The position numbers and the translations under genes were made by a program. 64,000 nt of DNA. Origin: Blastocatellia bacterium. Its GTDB lineage: Bacteria; Acidobacteriota; Blastocatellia; UBA7656. The notes beneath the pieces are model-generated. The model was not told the origin of the DNA, made no database searches, and saw only the letters and a program-made list of their open reading frames with translations. The stretch is from assembly GCA_963765495.1 (NCBI GenBank), contig CAVXWP010000008.1, positions 800,001 through 864,000 on the forward strand. Reading direction: 5' to 3'. Of this stretch, positions 62,115 to 64,000 are shown one piece after another (within the stretch, counting starts at the first letter, position 1; every line of letters starts with the position of its first letter).

Positions 62115-62867
62115 ATGAAGATCAGCGCGACCCTCATCACGTTCAATGAAGAGCAGGCGATCCGGGATGCACTCGAATCGCTTTTCTGGGCGGATGAAAT
62201 TATCGTAGTCGATTCGGAAAGCACAGATCGCACCGTAGAAATCGCCCGCCAGTTTACCGACCAAATCATCATACGGCCCTGGCCGGGATATGCGGCTCAG
62301 AAAACTTTTGCCGCCGCGCAGGCCAGCCACGATTGGGTCTTTAACCTCGACGCCGATGAGCGCGTTTCTGCCGATCTCGCGCGCGAGCTACAGAACATGA
62401 AACAGCAACCCGAACCTGCTGCCTCGGGGTTTGAGATGCCGCGCCGTACCTTTTATCTTGGTCGCTGGATAAGGCATTCCGGCTGGTACCCCGATTATAA
62501 GCTCAGACTCTACAACCGAAATCGTGGCAAATGGCGCGGCGAGTTTGTTCACGAATCGGTTGAAGTGGACGGCAATGTAGAGAAGTTGAACGGCGACATT
62601 CTGCACTACACCGTACGCAACGCATCTGACCATCACTTGAGGATAGACCGTTACACTACGCTCGCGGCCGAAGAGTTGCGCCAGAAAGGCAAGCGCGCGC
62701 GCGCGACATCAATCTTCATCTCACCCCTCACTACATTTATCCGCTCCTATATTTTCAAGCTTGGATTTCTTGACGGCCTTCCTGGGCTGGCAATCGCCTA
62801 TTTCGCCGCCCATTACGCATTCCTCAAGAATCTGAAACTGTGGGAGCTTTGGAAGGATGAAGGATGA
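62115..62867 (+). CDS. GT2 glycosyltransferase (KdtX/WaaE-like)
   Basis: ISATLITFNEE, VVDSESTDRT, LDADE, WYPDY..R, VHE, GFLDG. Confidence 0.92.
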   Translation: MKISATLITFNEEQAIRDALESLFWADEIIVVDSESTDRTVEIARQFTDQIIIRPWPGYAAQKTFAAAQASHDWVFNLDADERVSADLARELQNMKQQPEPAASGFEMPRRTFYLGRWIRHSGWYPDYKLRLYNRNRGKWRGEFVHESVEVDGNVEKLNGDILHYTVRNASDHHLRIDRYTTLAAEELRQKGKRARATSIFISPLTTFIRSYIFKLGFLDGLPGLAIAYFAAHYAFLKNLKLWELWKDEG

Positions 62868-62999
62868 AATAAGGGATGAGGGATGAGGGATGAGGGATGA
62901 AAAGGACTGATGGGATTAATATTGGTAGCTGGACAACCGCATTAATCGAGATATTGGCCAGATTCTTTTTCATCCCTCATCCCTCATCCCTCATCCCTT
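62853..62999. repeat. (GGGATGA)n ... (TCATCCC)n inverted heptamer arrays
   Basis: Arrays overlap the 3' ends of two convergent genes; both proteins end ..DEG. Confidence 0.8.
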
Positions 63000-64000
63000 C
63001 GTAGAGGGTTTCGATTTCGTCTATGATATGCTCGCGGCCGTAGCGGAGGTAAACATCGCGATGTGCTTGCGCGGCAAGCCGCTCTCGAAGGGGGGAGTCG
63101 GAGAGCAACCAGAGCAGTTTGTCTGCGAGCGACCCTGCGTCTCGCGGAGGGACCAGAAGCCCCGTCGCGTTCTCTTTGATGATCTGGCTGATGCCTCCGA
63201 CATTCGTAGCAAGCACAGGACGTCTGGCCGCCATCGCTTCGATTGTGACCAGTGAAAACCCCTCGTCCCAAGAAGGCACGACCACTATATCAACGGCCGC
63301 CAGCAGTTCCGGTATATGATAAATTTGCCCCAGAAAACGGACCCTGTTAGAAAGCCCGAGCGACGTGGCGAGTGACATCAGGTGGTTTGTAAAGGGCCTG
63401 CCTTCACGGTTTTCCTGCCCCGCTATTAGGAACTCCACATCGCTGCGTATTTTGGCAATTCGCCCCGCAGCGCGGATAAACTCTTCCTGCCCCTTCTCGT
63501 GAGTGATCTGACCGATACAGGCTACGACAAGACCGGCGCGCAACTGAAACATGGCGCGCGCCGCGTCGCGTTCGATAGGCTGGAATCGCTCGGGGTCGAT
63601 CCAGTTCGGAATAACCCGAACGCGTTCAGGCGGAAGCGCCAGCCGCTCGATCACGGAGGCGCGTACGCTTTCGGATACGGCTATGACGGCCCCGACATCT
63701 TCAAGCATCCAGCGATAGAGCCGATTTCGTTTGAGAGGCAGGTAATGATGCCGGGTCAAAACCAGCCTGGCATTTGGTGTCTTGCGGCAGGCGAGCGCAG
63801 CTACCAGATAATCTCTCCCCATGTGCGCGTGAACGATCTCTATGCCGTTTTCATTTACCAGATCGGTAATGGCTCTTGCCGATGGCAGGTCGAGCGAATT
63901 TCTAAGCGGCATCTCGTGCCAGGATGCAATCACGCCCGCAAGCGGCAAGCGAAGAGGGCTCCCGGGTCTGACCGCAAGATAGACGGCATGGCCCCGGCTT
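62977..64000 (-). CDS. GT4 glycosyltransferase (5' end outside the window)
   Basis: EKGQ..F, PSWDEGFSLVTIEAMA, NVGG..TGLLVPP.D; reading frame stays open to the window end. Confidence 0.93.
   Translation of the reverse strand, partial: SRGHAVYLAVRPGSPLRLPLAGVIASWHEMPLRNSLDLPSARAITDLVNENGIEIVHAHMGRDYLVAALACRKTPNARLVLTRHHYLPLKRNRLYRWMLEDVGAVIAVSESVRASVIERLALPPERVRVIPNWIDPERFQPIERDAARAMFQLRAGLVVACIGQITHEKGQEEFIRAAGRIAKIRSDVEFLIAGQENREGRPFTNHLMSLATSLGLSNRVRFLGQIYHIPELLAAVDIVVVPSWDEGFSLVTIEAMAARRPVLATNVGGISQIIKENATGLLVPPRDAGSLADKLLWLLSDSPLRERLAAQAHRDVYLRYGREHIIDEIETLYEGMRDEG

Overview
A gene-dense bacterial chromosome segment of moderate GC. The gene families (Oar-like TonB receptor, zinc-ribbon/TM proteins, ECF sigma triad) suggest Acidobacteriota, probably Blastocatellia (inference). 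In order it carries: a chemosensory operon with a soluble MCP and a PAS-HEAT protein; housekeeping genes (ybaK-pdxH-thyA-folA, tex, pyrK-pyrD); a TBDR-GH3-GH144/SSS beta-glucan locus whose GH144 gene is frameshifted; a MATE gene with a leader peptide; a double-thioredoxin gene coupled to a 10-Cys Tat-type miniprotein; hsp20; a PilZ-flanked SPOR-amidase-actin operon; an AAA+/EncFtn/VWA cluster with no encapsulin in the window; and stress, ECF and glycosyltransferase genes. The best candidate for an undescribed system is 42.0-45.9 kb, where a volactin-like actin is fused in frame to an HU-like DNA-binding domain and lies downstream of peptidoglycan SPOR and amidase genes. Intergenic DNA holds several dispersed palindromic repeat families and a 142-bp MITE with a 10-bp target duplication. 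I saw no rRNA, tRNA, CRISPR array or transposase. All family calls come from motif recognition by eye, not database searches.
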